A stretch of 64,000 nucleotides of DNA from the human T2T-CHM13v2.0 reference genome, Homo sapiens, in assembly GCF_009914755.1 (NCBI RefSeq), contig NC_060929.1. One strand, written 5' to 3'. Made by a program: the position numbers and the translations under genes. Below are positions 26,831-39,714 of this stretch, piece by piece. The stretch's first letter is position 1. Each line of letters opens with the position of its first letter. The notes under the pieces were generated by a model that did not search any database, was not told where the DNA came from, and saw only the letters and a program-made list of their open reading frames with translations.

Positions 26831-28523
26831 TGGATAGTAGCCATTGAACATTAAAAATATATATTTGCTCTATAATATGTGGCAGAAATTTGACCTTTAG
26901 CACTCAAAGAAGCATGTGTTTGTAGGTGTGTGTATATACAGGTTAGTAACAGAAGTCTATCCTTTAGATGATTAACTAGTAAAAATCAAAGATCTATAGG
27001 ATGATGCTGTTTCTCATGACACTGTACTCTGTGAGGTATTGTAGTGTCCAAGGCATTTCAGAAATGGCAAAATCCCCTTTACTTTTTTAAGCTTTAAGGA
27101 AGGCAGTCACTAAACCCAGTGAACTTAGAAGCAGAGCATTCTTCTCTGCCCTTGGTAAATAACCTACTGGTTTTCTTAAGTATATATTTCTTATTTCTAA
27201 ATGCCCCATTCTTTTTTGTTTTTCTAGCATTGTAGCAATTGCTAACGCTGTACCAAGGGGGATTATTGCTAAACCTTGTCAGTGCAAGAACCAGAGTAAT
27301 TTGTGTACAGTACAGTTAAAATTATACCATTACACTTGAAGCTAACATTATCCTAATGAGTTGAAATGGAGGGAAGGAGCTTGCTTAGAAAAGAATGTAA
27401 GTGACTTAGCACTGGTTTCTCACTTCCAGTAATAACGTTCTTCACAACTGTGTTTTGAACACATTATTATAGATTTAAATATTTTAATATTCATTTATTC
27501 TAATTTCCCTCTTGATAGGTACCATCTCTGTGCTCGCATTTCATCAACTCTGACTGGTGACACCACTCTATTTAATATCTTCCTTGGCCAAATTTCTTGT
27601 GAAGTGAGAACTAGATTTTAGCTGCTTATGGAGGTTTCAACAACTCCTTTGTGGTTCAGCATTTAAAACTCCGATTCTAATCTAAAATCCTTTAACAAGG
27701 AATTATTCAACCAAGGGCTTATATATAGGTATATTGGGATAAAATCTATTGGAGATATTGTCAATATTTGCCCTAAATTACAACCTAGCTCCATTTTCAG
27801 TAGTGTTTTGGAATTGAAATAGAGATCTTTTATTCTTCTCAAGTGTGTCAATTTGAAGTATATTCCAGGCAGTCAGTAACTTCTCTACGCTGAAGAAGCC
27901 AGCCCAGACAGGGGAAATATAACTACCTATGCTGGATACTTTGAGTGCCGTAAGAGAGACTCGTTTGCTTCAAAATACCTGCTCAGTGGCCACCATGATT
28001 CTTGAATTCCCATCATCACTGCCATTCGTCTGGAATCAAGTTGCCTCTGGTGTGTCCCTGTGCAATGCTGATGTTATCTGGGAAGAATAACTGACATCTC
28101 TTAGATATATTAGCAGGTATCAGTTGTGGAGGAAATGGGACACAGGAAAAGCAAGTTTTGATGAAGAAAGAAATGTAAGAAAATCCCAAGCCCAGATGGT
28201 TTTGGGAGAAGGATAGGATCATGTAGATGGTCCCAAAGGGACAGAGGTACTGGTTAAAAACACTAGATTCCTGGGCATGAAGCATTACTGGTGGACACTG
28301 GTGGGAGAGAAAGGGAGGAGAGAGAAATTGACGCCCAATTTTGATTGTGCCATAATTTTACAAACGGCAAGCCTTCCTTACACACCCCTCTTACTCAAAA
28401 ACTTATTCCTTCGTCCCAGATCTACACTTGACTGCCTTTTTCTCAACATTTGGGTCTTAGCTCAAATATCAGCCTTTCACATAGTCCCTCCCACACCATC
28501 CAATCTAAAATGGCAGGCCCATG

Positions 28524-28890
28524 TGTTTCTGTCAATTCAGGCTGCCACAACGAAATGTCACAGACTGGATAGCTTAAACAACAGAAATGAGTTTTCTCAC
28601 AGATCAGGAGTCTGAAAGCCTGAGATCAGGGTGCTAGCATAGTCAGGTTCTGGTGGGAACCCTCTCTTTTCCTTCTTTGCAAATGGCCATAGCAGTATCT
28701 TCAAATGATGGAGAGAGAAAGCAAGTTCTGTCTTTTCTTATAAGGTCACTAGTCCCATGGTAAGGGCCCCACCCTCATGACCTCATCTAAATCTCATTAC
28801 CTCCCAAAGGCCCCACCTCCAAATGCCATCACGTTGTGGGTTAGGGCTTCAACATGTGAATTTGTGGAGCACACAATTCAGTTCATAGCA
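28524..28890 (-). mobile_element. MaLR solo LTR, MLT1A0-like, inserted in an L2 fragment
   Basis: 'ggccccaccctcatgacctcatctaa..ttacctcccaaaggccccacctccaaatgccatcac..ttagggcttcaacatgtgaattt'; possible TSD ccatg/tcatg. Confidence 0.88.
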
Positions 28891-29244
28891 TCATGTTTTA
28901 TTGCACTCTACTCAGCTTCAGTTTCTTCATAGAACTTATTTTAACTGGAGAGAATCTTGTTTTGTTGATTTGTCTGACTTCTTCTCCAATCAGAACATAA
29001 GCTACATGAGAACTTAAGCTTAATCTATCTTCTTCACTGCTATAAGACTCCTTGAACAACACCCAACAGAGAAGGCACTTTATAAATGTATGTAGGATGA
29101 ATACACAAATGCTAACTATTTTCAGTCCCTCTTGAGCAATTAAGTTGGAGATTATAGAAGCTGATATCAGAATTGTTCTACTTTACACTGTGGTCTATGG
29201 ACAGCCTGTCACAAGTCCCTACTTAACTCAATATTGTTTACCCA

Positions 29245-29740
29245 TGCATTTATTCACTCAAAATCTGTTAAACTTCTACTGTATGCCAGGCAATGTGCCA
29301 GACTTACAGGTTTAGGTAAGAATAAAAGACACACAGAGAACTCTCAGGCAGATGAAAATGTGCTCTAGAAATAGCACAACAAAATGCTATGGTAGCACAA
29401 AGGAGAAGGCAGCCAACTGTCTCCAGGTGAGTTATGCAAGTGTGCATTCCAGGCAGAGGGAACAGTATGTGCAAAGGCCTTCAAAGTTGAGGTCATGTTC
29501 AGAGACTTCCCAGCAACTTTGTATAAAAAGATGACCCATGCATGGGAAAAGGGAGATAGGGAAGAGAAGGTGGTGAGGCCCAAATAGACAGTGGGTCAAA
29601 TACCGAAGTCCTAATGTGTTTTGTTAACACATTAACAAAACACTGACCTTTGTTCCCTTGGGCAATAGGGAGCCACTGAAAGTTTGATAGGAAAGAAACA
29701 TAGTCTGCTTTGCCCAGTTTGTTAAGACAGCAGTCCTTCT
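29245..29740 (-). mobile_element. L2 fragment
   Basis: 'ctactgtatgccaggcaatgtgc', 'attccaggcagagggaacagtatgtgcaaaggcc', 'gggcaatagggagccactgaa'. Confidence 0.8.
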
Positions 29741-30109
29741 GATTCTGAGAGTGTAGGTTTTCTCTGCAAATTCTCACATGCCTCCCATTTCTGGTGGTAC
29801 ATCTCCCATGTGTTAGCTGTGTGTCTGGGAGCCTTTGGAATGAGAATGCTTTGATAGCTTCACCCATACTATCTCTACTGACTGAAAATAACAGCATCCA
29901 ATTCAAGAATACATTTGAGGCTATGGCATGACAATAAAATGAAAATCTGTGCTAAAAGGACACGCAGCAATAGTTAGAAGAGACATCCTGGATGGTTTTC
30001 ATGATTTACGATGCTCTTCACCTTTCAATTCAGAGGTGGGTTTGAGAACACATGGGGACTATGGCCACCCCACACCACACAAATGTACACATGTGCATCA
30101 GTGACCCTT

Positions 30110-30300
30110 TATTCTCTGAATCCCAGGTCTAGCACCAGAAAGCCATGTGACTGTGGACAAGTCCTTTGAGAATTGCTTTTCTCATTTCTACAGTGAGTAG
30201 TAAAAATTTGTGTCATAAGATGGGGGTAATGAGAGTTAAATGTGCCAATGATTGTTGAGCACTTAATGCAGAGCCTGCATAAGACAAGTGTTCAATATAT
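30110..30300 (+). mobile_element. MIR SINE
   Basis: 'ccatgtgactgtggacaagtc...ttttctcatttctacagtgag...gcctgcataagacaagtgttcaata'. Confidence 0.7.
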
Positions 30301-31369
30301 AATGACTAGTTGTCGTGTTATTGTGGCTGTTTTGGTCACAATGACAATTATACATTCCTCTCTCTTTTTTATCCCCCCAAACTCACTTATCTTTTATCAT
30401 CTTTAAAATGTGGATGATGATACTTCTAAATTTCCTTTGAATATTAAAGAACGTTTATGTAGCACTATTCTTGGTCTACAGTAGGTGTTCAATAAATGTA
30501 GTTTCTTCTTTGTCCCTGTGGATCTTTTAGGGACATGAATATATATCAAAAACAACTGTACCTTTCTAACGAGATGGAGAAGCCAACAAAAATAACAAAA
30601 TAAGTAAAGGTCAAGCTTTGTTAATGATAAATTGCAAGAAACATGTATTTCTTGATCTTTCTCTTCCTCTTTTATCTTGAAGCCACAAATTGTCATACTA
30701 ATAATGAGGCTGTTTATTACTTAACAAAATTTCAATAATAATAATAGAAAATTATACTTCACTTAATTCACTTTTAGTTCTGTTTTGACATGTTTTCATG
30801 GATCTTTGCATTAAAGTACTATGGTCTTTAGCTAGAAAATGAACCAGCCAGTGACCAGAATGATCTCCTTGAATTCCTTTGTGATCTTAGGCGTATCTAT
30901 CATTTCTTCCCTTACTCAGCCCTTCCCCACTCCCCAGCAAGATCTAAAATTTAAGGGCAGGTTATAGAAGTAGCAGAAATATTGAGTATAAAAATTCCTC
31001 TGAACAATTATTCTACACAACCATATGTTGGACAAGAACTCAAATAGCATCTGATCACTACTCACATTTGGAAAATGAGTTTGTCATTGTGCCTCTGTCA
31101 GAGAGATAGGGGTGTGAGAAGGGAGGCAGAAAAATTAGACTTATGAGGGAGAGGAAAGGAGAGGCAGCTTTTGAGTTCAGTGATTTTCTATTCTCTAGAG
31201 CCTCATAACCAAGGGAGTACTCGTGATCACTAAACCTTACTCATTTATTTTCCCTATTCCAAGATCAGATGGCCTTCCCAAGTCCTTCTAACTTGATTGA
31301 TACATGAGCCAGAAACTTGAATCCAGTACGCCCTACCTCCAGTCATAGGATGCTACTCTTGCTTTTCAT

Positions 31370-31772
31370 GGAAGATGTGAATCCAGCTCTATGACCCCCT
31401 AAGGTTATAAGTTAAATCAAATGTGTGCATGCCCATGGGTACTTTCCTGGGGTGCAAGTCAATCTTTTACTTCATATTCTTTGAGAAGTATATGACTCCA
31501 AGAAAACAGTTTTTTCTAGAATGGGAAGTATGGTTCCATTTCCAACTAGAATGTTTTGAACCCTATACCACTATGTTGAGATGTCATTTTTACTTATTTA
31601 GATTTTGCTTTTTGTTTAATTAAAGGTTGGAATAAGATGACCCTTTAAAACAGTCCCATATCTATTATATTACAAAAAAATTATAGCATTCGCTAAGTAT
31701 GAATTAAATGTTTAAATTTTGTTAGTTGTAAAAAAAAAAAAAGTATATGACTCCAAAATATCAAGAACTCTA
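31370..31772. mobile_element. hAT-Charlie MITE split by a retroposed insert
   Basis: Left part ends 'catattctttgagaagtatatgactccaa'; the remaining terminus 'aatatcaagaactcta' follows the insert. Confidence 0.45.
31502..31740 (+). pseudogene. Short retroposed non-repeat fragment (truncated processed 3' UTR or orphan transduction)
   Basis: Perfect 16-bp direct repeats AAGTATATGACTCCAA (31486-31501, 31741-31756), ATTAAA at 31703-31708, poly(A) 31730-31740. Confidence 0.75.
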
Positions 31773-31779
31773 ATTTCCT

Positions 31780-32710
31780 ACATATTTCCATTGAGAGATC
31801 TTTCACTCACAAAATTTTAACCATTATCCTTAGATTCATTCTGATATTTACAAGGTGTCTCTATCTGCACCTCAAACTCAATGAAGCATCTTCTCCATCC
31901 TATACCAAGTGTTCCTTATCCCATATAGTATCTCTTAGTTCAGGCTCCACATTTGTCCATCCTTTCTCTGCCATCTCCCTCATTGCAACATCTGGCCAAC
32001 CACAAAGTCCTAGCAATTCTTTATCAGAAAATTTCCCTGAGGTAGTCTTTTTCTCTCTGCCCTAAAAACCATTTCCCCAGTGCAGGCCTTTAGCGCTTCT
32101 CACCCTACTGCTTCTACTTCTGCCTTAAATATGTCTCCCTTGCTGCAGCCAGAGTTTACCATCCAAAACACAGCCTGCTCAAACCACTACCCAGTGCACA
32201 CAGTTTCCCACAGCTTCATGGAAAAGACATATTTCCCAGATAGGCAAATAAGACCATCTGTGGTCCAGCCACCCTGATAACCTCTTCAGTCCCATTCTAA
32301 CCCTGTCTCCCTAGTCATGTATCAAACCCCAGTCAAACTGCACAACTCGCAGTGACCCTTACATACCTCCCTGCTTTGTGCCTTTGGAAATCCTGTTCTT
32401 CATCCTTAGAATGCTTGACATGATATTCTTCCTTCTATAGTCGGAGCCTTCATATCTTCCCAAGGGCTTCCCCTAACTCCTCCCCTACCACCTTCCTCAC
32501 TCACACTCTGCCCAGATGAACCATGCACCTTTGTCTGTGCTGCCAGAGCCCTATTGTGTATTACTATTACCGAGACCAAACCTAGTACTATATAAGGTTA
32601 CCTGTTGGCTTCTTATGAGACTGTAAGCTCTTAAAGGTCTCAACCACCTTGCAGTCCAGTGCTGATCACGTGGTCTGCTCCTCAACTGATATTAACAGTG
32701 CCTACTGAAC
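31780..32710 (+). mobile_element. L2 fragment(s)
   Basis: 'gcacctcaaactcaa', 'caaccacaaagtcct', 'tgagactgtaagctcttaaagg'. Confidence 0.65.
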
Positions 32711-34309
32711 TGAAGACAGTTAAAGAAGATAACTATACTTGTAAGCAATCCTTGTATTTCTATATTTGGCAGTGCAAAAAAGCAACTAAAAATATTGCTG
32801 TCTTATAACTTTATTTTACTCACACTTAAAATGACCTGCAATTTGCTTTTCTTTTTTCCTGTTCCCTAATTCCTGTATTAATATTTTATATATCAATTTT
32901 TTAAAAACTCTTTGAGAACAGCAATCACACACATATGTAAGAATCAACGTGATTCCATGACATTGCTGGAGCCACAGTTTGGTCCATTATACTTTACACT
33001 CTCCAAAGGAATCTGCTTCCATGATTGATGACGGTCTTCCAGAAATGATGTTCCAGGTTCATCTTTATATGCCAAATTCTGGAGCCAAAGCAGAATTGGA
33101 AATTGGTAGGTGGAGAGTTCCAGTCAGTCAGTGAGATGTACTGTGTGAGATGGCCAAGACTTTAGTCGCACTACATCAAAGACCCACCATAGAAAGGTTC
33201 TCAGTAACGTATGAGCTTTTAGAGAGATCAGAAGCCCCGAGATAAAAATACAGTTTTATCAGTAGGACCATTTCACAAGAGCCCGTAGCTCTTATCATAT
33301 GCTCAAAAGGGTCTCTGATACCCCAAAGCTTATGAAGTATTTAGGGAAGCTCTAGATTCCTTTTCACATGATATCATTCTTGTTTGAGAGTTAATCCTGG
33401 GTGGTGGTGGTGGTAAGTGGGTGGAGGAGTTTCTTCAGAAAACAAGTTGTAGCAATCTGTTCTTCATTGACCAACTTACGTATGGCTCATAAGTGAGTAA
33501 TCAACATAATCTAAATCATCTAAAATAAAATTTTCTTTTGGGCTCAAGAAAATGGTTGTTAGGTTGAAACCAATCAGTAGGAAATGACTTGTGTTTGTTA
33601 GTGTTTGAGAGGAGAGACCAGACTCATTGCGCATTAGCATTCCAATTAGTGCCAACATAAACCTCCAGACCTCCAAGTTACAGAGTGTGTTATTGTTTTC
33701 ATATGAGGGAATCTGGGACCACTTGTTAGTCCTTTCTTCATTGCTCACTTGAAAAATGGAGCTCCATGTGTCCACAGACTCTGGTGACAAAAATAACAAA
33801 ACAATCCTTCTGGGGATTGAGCACTCAAGAAAGGATATTCTTTCTTAAATTGGTATAGTCCCGGCTATTGTTTTATATGATCATGGAGTTGGAAGAGAGT
33901 AAATGGCACAAACATTTATTTGACAGTCTTTTAAGCTAAAAAGGCTTACTCATGGAATTCAGCTCACACAGCAGGGGGCCCTTCCTGCTGTGAAGGAAGC
34001 TGCCCTAGGAAGGACACGGTAGTTTAGGCCTTTTGGCATTTTTCTAAGAGTGCCATAAGATATCATTTTCTAGTATACTGTCTCTTATGTGACACCAATT
34101 TTTCAGGGTCTCAGAACATGTTATTTCCGTAGGCAGAATCTTTGGATTTCTGGGCTTTAAGAAGAGAAGTGGTAATATAATCTCTTTTTTATATTTAAAT
34201 TCATGCCAGTGACTCTTTAAACCTTACTATACTGCCTGAAGTGCCAGATCCCTGGGGAAGAAGGCAAAAGTTTGAAATGTTTGTTTGCTGTCACCTTCCT
34301 TTGCTAGTG

Positions 34310-34500
34310 AGTGTCCTGTTGGATTCAGGCTGTTAAGTTCAATAAACAAGAGTTTGAATCCCAACCCTTCCATTTACTAACTGTACGCCATGCAGATTAC
34401 TTAATCTCCTAAGTCTTAGCTTCATAATTTGTAAACTCAACTAATTACTATATTGCTTCATGGGATTGTGAAGAGGAATTAAATTTAAAAAGACATATTG
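34310..34500 (+). mobile_element. MIR SINE
   Basis: 'gagtttgaatcccaacccttccatttactaactgt...ttacttaatctcctaagtcttagcttc'. Confidence 0.8.
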
Positions 34501-34509
34501 AATGGCATT

Positions 34510-37300
34510 GGTCAAAATGGTAGGGTAAAGGCTTCCAAGACTTTTTCTTCCACAAAAGTAATGGAAAAATGGGCAAAACAGGCAAAACTTGTCAGGTTCA
34601 ATTTTTTAGAAAGGTAGAAATTAAGCAAAGGCTTACGGGAATCCAAAGAGCTCTTAAAAAAAAAAAAAAAAAAAAAAAGACTGCATCTCAGTAAGAACAA
34701 TGAGCTTTGTGGCACTTTAGGTTGCCCTACTCCCATATCCCACCCATCTACCCAGCTCTGTGGTAGCCTTGAAAACTAACAGCCCACAATGGGCTGGTAG
34801 TCACTGAAGGAAGAATAATAGGGTTGTAGCTCTTTCAAAGCCTCATTCCCAGAGAATTATTATTTGCTCTGTCTGGTGATTCTATGGAAGATCCCACTTG
34901 GAAGTTTGTCTTTGTTTAACCTGATTGGGTTCTTGGCCATGTGAAAAGTCTTTTACCTGGGGGGCATTTGTCAAAAACAAATAGAAGCAACTGATTAACA
35001 TCATGACTGCCTGAAGAGTTGAATAAAGTTGGGGCAAACAATAGGCTAACTGAAAAGCTTAAAAGGAAGATCTAGATAATGAGATGTCCATAAGAGCTTT
35101 CAAAAGATCTGACATATTCCTGGGAATCTGAAAGCCTATATGCATGCATAGGGCTTTGTAAGTGTTCAGGAAAGATCTAAGAAGACTCTAATTTCTAATC
35201 TCAGACTGACCTTGAGGTTCTGTGCAAGTAGAAAGTGAAAACTAAGGCAGAGTTGTCAACTGCTTGCTGAGTGTTGAAGGCATGCTGAACACATACAGAG
35301 TTACTTATCTCTATTTAAGAAAATCTGTCTAATTTTTTAGCTTATCACCAGGCTACCTGAGCAGAGACTTCAGTGTTCATGTACAATAAAGAATAGAGAC
35401 TTCACAGAATTAGTTCAGAAAAGTCATTTAAATAAACAATAATAAACATTAAGCAGGTGAAAGAATATGATTTCCAGAGTTGTTACATTGTATTACTTAA
35501 AATGTTTACTTTTCAACCAAAAACTATGAGACATGCAAAGAAATCAGAGAATATGGTCCATTCATAGGAAAAAGGGAATCAATATATATAAACTGTCTCT
35601 TAAAAAAAAGCCCAGATATTGTACTTATTAGGCAAGAACTTCTTTTTCTTTTTCTTTTCTTTTTTTTTTTTTTTTTTGCGATAGGGTCTTGCTCTGTCAC
35701 CCAGGCTGGAATGCAGTGGCATGATCATAACTCACTTTAGCCTCACCTCCTGGGCTCAAGTGATCCTCCCACCTCAGCCCCCCAAGTAGCTGGGACCACA
35801 GATGCATGCCACCATGCTGAGCTAATTTTTAAACTATTTACAGAGATGGGATCTTGTCATGTTGCCCAGGCTGGTCTCAAACTCCCAGGCTCAAGCAATC
35901 CTACTACCACCTCAGCCTCCTGAAATGCTGAGATTACAGTCATGAGTCAGCATGCCCAACCTTAGACACATTTTAAATCAGCTGTTTCAAATACATTTAA
36001 GAAAGAAAGCCACATCTAAATAACTAAAGTATGAAAACAATGTCTTACCAAATAGCATCAGTAAAGAAAAATTATAGTAAAAACACAATATAAATTCTAG
36101 AGTTGAAAAACACAATAATCAAAATGAAAATTTTACTAAAGCGCTCAACCACTGATTTGAGCCGGTGAAAGAAAGAATTGGGAAATTTGAACACAGATCA
36201 ACTCAGATTATCTAGTCTGAAGAACAGAAAGAAAAAATAATAAGCAAAAATAAGTAAAGTGTCAGAAGCCTGAGCGTTACCATCTAGTATACCAACAAAT
36301 ACATAATGGGAATCCCAGAAAGAGAGGAAGCAGAAGAAATATTTAAAGAAATAATGGTCAAAATCTTCTCAATTTGAATGACAAATATTAATGTATACAT
36401 GCAAGTGGCTCAGCAGACTCCTGCAGGATAAACTCAAAGAGATCCACACCAAGACCAAGACACCATAATCAAACTGTAGAAAGCCCAAGACAATGAGAGA
36501 ATCTTAAAAGCAGCAAGATAGATATGACTTGTCATGTACAAATAATTCTAAGTAAGATTAATAATAGCTTTCTTGTCAGAAACTTTGGAGGTCAGAAGAC
36601 AGTGGGATGACATATTCAAAATGCTGAAAGAAAAGAAATGTCAACTAAGAATTATATATCCAGCAAAACTTCTTTCAAAATTGAAGGAGAAATAAAGACA
36701 TTCCAAGATAAACAAAATCTAGTACAATTCATCACTAGCAGACATACTTTACAAGGGCAGTCCTTCAGGCTAAAATAAAAGAACATTAGACAGTAACCTT
36801 TATCCACATGAAGAAATAAAGTTCACTGATAAAGATAATTACATAAGTAAATATAAAAGAAAATATAAGTATATTTTTGTAACTCCTTTTTTTCTTCTAT
36901 ATGACGTAAAAAACAACTCCATCAAGCATAGCTAAAAATTTATATTTACAGATACATAATATATAAACATAAAATTTATATAACAGTAAATGCATAAAGG
37001 AGTAGTGCAACAGCTATATAAGAGCAAAGTTTTTATGTAACATTGAAATAAGTTGCTATTAAAACTAGACTGTTATCAGTTAAGATGTTAACTGTAAATC
37101 CCAGGGCAACTACTAAGAAAATAACTTTAAAAAATAGTAAACAACAAAGGAATTTAAAAAGATGAATAAGAAAATATCTTTTTAACAGAAAAAAGGCAAT
37201 AACTGAGGAATGGAATAACCAAAAAAGGCATATAGAAAGCAAACAGCAAAATTTCAGGCATAAATCTTACCAAAAAATACATTGAATATATATTAGTTTA
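34510..37300 (+). mobile_element. Old L1M 5' UTR, ORF1 and inter-ORF region (degenerate)
   Basis: ORF1-like 'aattctagagttgaaaaacacaata...gtcagaagacagtgggatgacatattcaaaatgctgaaagaaaa..tcaactaagaattatatatccagcaaaact'; many stops. Confidence 0.8.
35640..35961 (-). mobile_element. AluJ
   Basis: J-type 'agggtcttgctctgtcacc', 'gatcataactcact', 'ctcaagtgatcctcccacc', 'gttgcccaggctgg'; T-rich tail at about 35640-35677. Confidence 0.9.
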
Positions 37301-38222
37301 TAGCTAAAATGTAAATGAGCTTTAATTAGGAGTAAATGAGGAGGATAGCTATTAAATAAGTTCAGCAACATTGCAATGATACAAGATTAATACACAAAAA
37401 TCAACTGTATTTCTATTCACTGACAACAGTCTGAAAATAAAATTAAGAAAACAATTTTATTTACAGTAGCATAAAAAAATACTTAGGCATACATTTAATA
37501 TAAGAGGAACAAGTCTCGTATGCTGAAAACTATTAAACATTGTTAAAAGAAGTTAAAGATCTAAATAGATGGTTATATATGTTCATGTTTTGGAAAAGCA
37601 ACTATTTTTAAGTTAGCAATAGCACATAAATTGATCAGTTCAATGCAATCATTATTAAAATCTCAGCTACTTTGCAAAAATTGACAAGCTGATCTAAAAT
37701 TCATGTGGAAATGCAAATAATCCAGAATAGTCAAAACTATCCTGAAGAAGAACAAAGTTGGAGGATTCACATTTCCCAATTTCAAAACTTACTACAAATC
37801 AATAGTTACTGAGATCGCAGGGTACCAGTTTAAGGACAGACATGTAGAACAGTGGAATGAAACTTCAAATACCGAAATTAATCCTCACATTCATGGTCAA
37901 TTGATTTTTGACATGGATAACAAAACAATTTAATGGGGAAATAATAGTCTTTTCAATAAATGAATATGTCCTGAGATATAATCTTTCATATACAAAATAA
38001 TAAATATGGATTCCTACCTTACACTATATTCAAAAATTACTCATAACAGATCATAGACCTAAAGGTAAGCATTAAAAGTACAAAACTCTTAGAAGAAAAC
38101 AAAGGTATAAATCTTTTTGACCATAGATTAGGCAATGGTGCCTCATATATGACACTTAAAACACAAGTAACAAAAGAAAACAATAGCTAAATTGGACCTC
38201 GTCAAAATTTAAAACTTTTGTA

Positions 38223-38457
38223 CAGATGATTCTTGACTTATAATGAGATTATATCCTGATAAGACTGTCGTAAGTTGAATATATCTTAAATCAAAAATGC
38301 CTTTAATGCTTCAATAAACCCACTGTAAAATTGAAAAATTTTAAGTTGAACCATCATATGTTCAGATTCTCCTTAACTTACAATGGGATTACATCTTGAT
38401 AAATCTACTGAAAGTAAAAAAATTGTAATCAAACCATCATAAGTCAGAGGTTATCTG
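38223..38457. mobile_element. Tigger-family MITE (MER47/Tigger5-like)
   Basis: Inverted termini 'cagatgattcttgacttataatg' and 'catcataagtcagaggttatctg', flanked by TA on both sides; L1 rejoins as aaaacttttg|ta|cttcaaagg. Confidence 0.8.
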
Positions 38458-38641
38458 TACTTCAAAGGAAACTATCAAGAATTTTAAGACAACTCACAGA
38501 ACTGGAGAAATATTTGCAAATCCTGTATCTGATAATTGCCTACTATTCATAATATTTAAAAAGTTTTTGCAACTCAACAATAAAAAGACAAAATTAGGCA
38601 AATAATCTGCATAGGCATTTCTCCAAAGAATAATACAAATC

Positions 38642-38938
38642 AGCCAGGTGCAGTGGCTCATGCCTGTAGTCCCAGCATTTTGGGAGCCTGAGGCAGGCAG
38701 ATCTCTTGAGCTCAAGAGTTCAAGACCAGCCTGGGCAAGGTGGCAAAACCCCATCTCTACAAAAAATGCAAAAATTAGCACTGGGTGTGGTGGCGCATTT
38801 CTGTAGTCACAGCTATTTGGGAGGCTGAAGTGGGAAGATTACTTCAACCTGGAAGGTCAAGGTTGCAGTGAGCTATGATTGCACCACTGCACCCCAGCCC
38901 AGACAACACGGTGAGATCCTGTCTCCAACAACAACAGG
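38642..38938 (+). mobile_element. AluJ
   Basis: 'cttgagctcaagagttcaagaccagcctgggcaa', 'aggtcaaggttgcagtgagctatgatt'; TSD aaagaataatacaaat (38625) / aaagaatatatacaaat (38939). Confidence 0.9.
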
Positions 38939-39619
38939 AAAGAATATATACAAATTGCCAATAAGCACATAAAAAGATATTCAATATCATTAGCCATTGG
39001 GGAAATGCAAATCGAAACCAAAAAAAGTGATCAAAACCAAACCACAGTACAATAACAAAAATGAGATACTGCCTCAATCGCACTAGGATGACTGATCAAA
39101 AAGACAATAGCAAGTGTTATTGACGTTAGACAGAATTGGAACTGTCACACATTGATGGTGGGAATGTTAAATGGTGCAGAGTTGGAAAACAATTTGGCAG
39201 TTCTCAAAAAAATTAAACATAGAATTATTGCATGACATAGCAACTTCACTCCTAGATTTATACCCAAGAGAATTGAAAACATGTCCACACAAAAACTGGC
39301 ACACTAATGTTCATAGCAGCATTATTTGTAATAGTCAAAAATGGAAATAATGCAAAAAACCATCAACTGATGAGTAGATTAGCAAAATTTGGCATATCCA
39401 CGCAATGGAATATTCAGTCATAAAAAGAAACAAAATACTTATACATGGATGAATCTTTAATTTTACTTATGCTAAGTAAAATAATTCAGACATAAAAGGC
39501 TGCATATTGGACCATTTCGTTTATATAAAATGTTCAGAATAGTCAAGTTCATAGACAGAAAGTATATTAGTAGTTGCCAGGGGTAAAGAGAGAGGAAGAT
39601 ATGAGGGTCTGCTAATAGA

Positions 39620-39712
39620 TGTGTGTGTATGTGTGATTACACATAAAATTATACATATATATAACATACATATAATTACATAACATGTAATATATGTACA
39701 TAAATATATATT
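39620..39712. repeat. Degenerate (TG)/(TA)-rich simple repeat
   Basis: 'gtgtgtgtatgtgtg...acatatatataacatacatata...'. Confidence 0.75.
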
Positions 39713-39714
39713 TA

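Larger units (their letters stand above)
37330..39620 (+). mobile_element. L1MB-type ORF2 3' part and 3' UTR, nested in the older L1M
   Basis: 'gaagaacaaagttggagga', 'atacccaagagaattgaaaacatgtccacacaaaaact', 'catagacagaaagtatattagtagttgccagggg'. Confidence 0.8.

Noticed and set aside
28980-29310. Tail-to-tail L2 pair as a miR-28/151-type hairpin precursor
   Set aside because: Ends are about 140 bp apart and highly diverged; I see no compact stem.
34656-34678. A23 run as a possible solo poly(A) insertion (also A runs near 4684 and 53215)
   Set aside because: No flanking target-site duplication; most simply slippage expansion.
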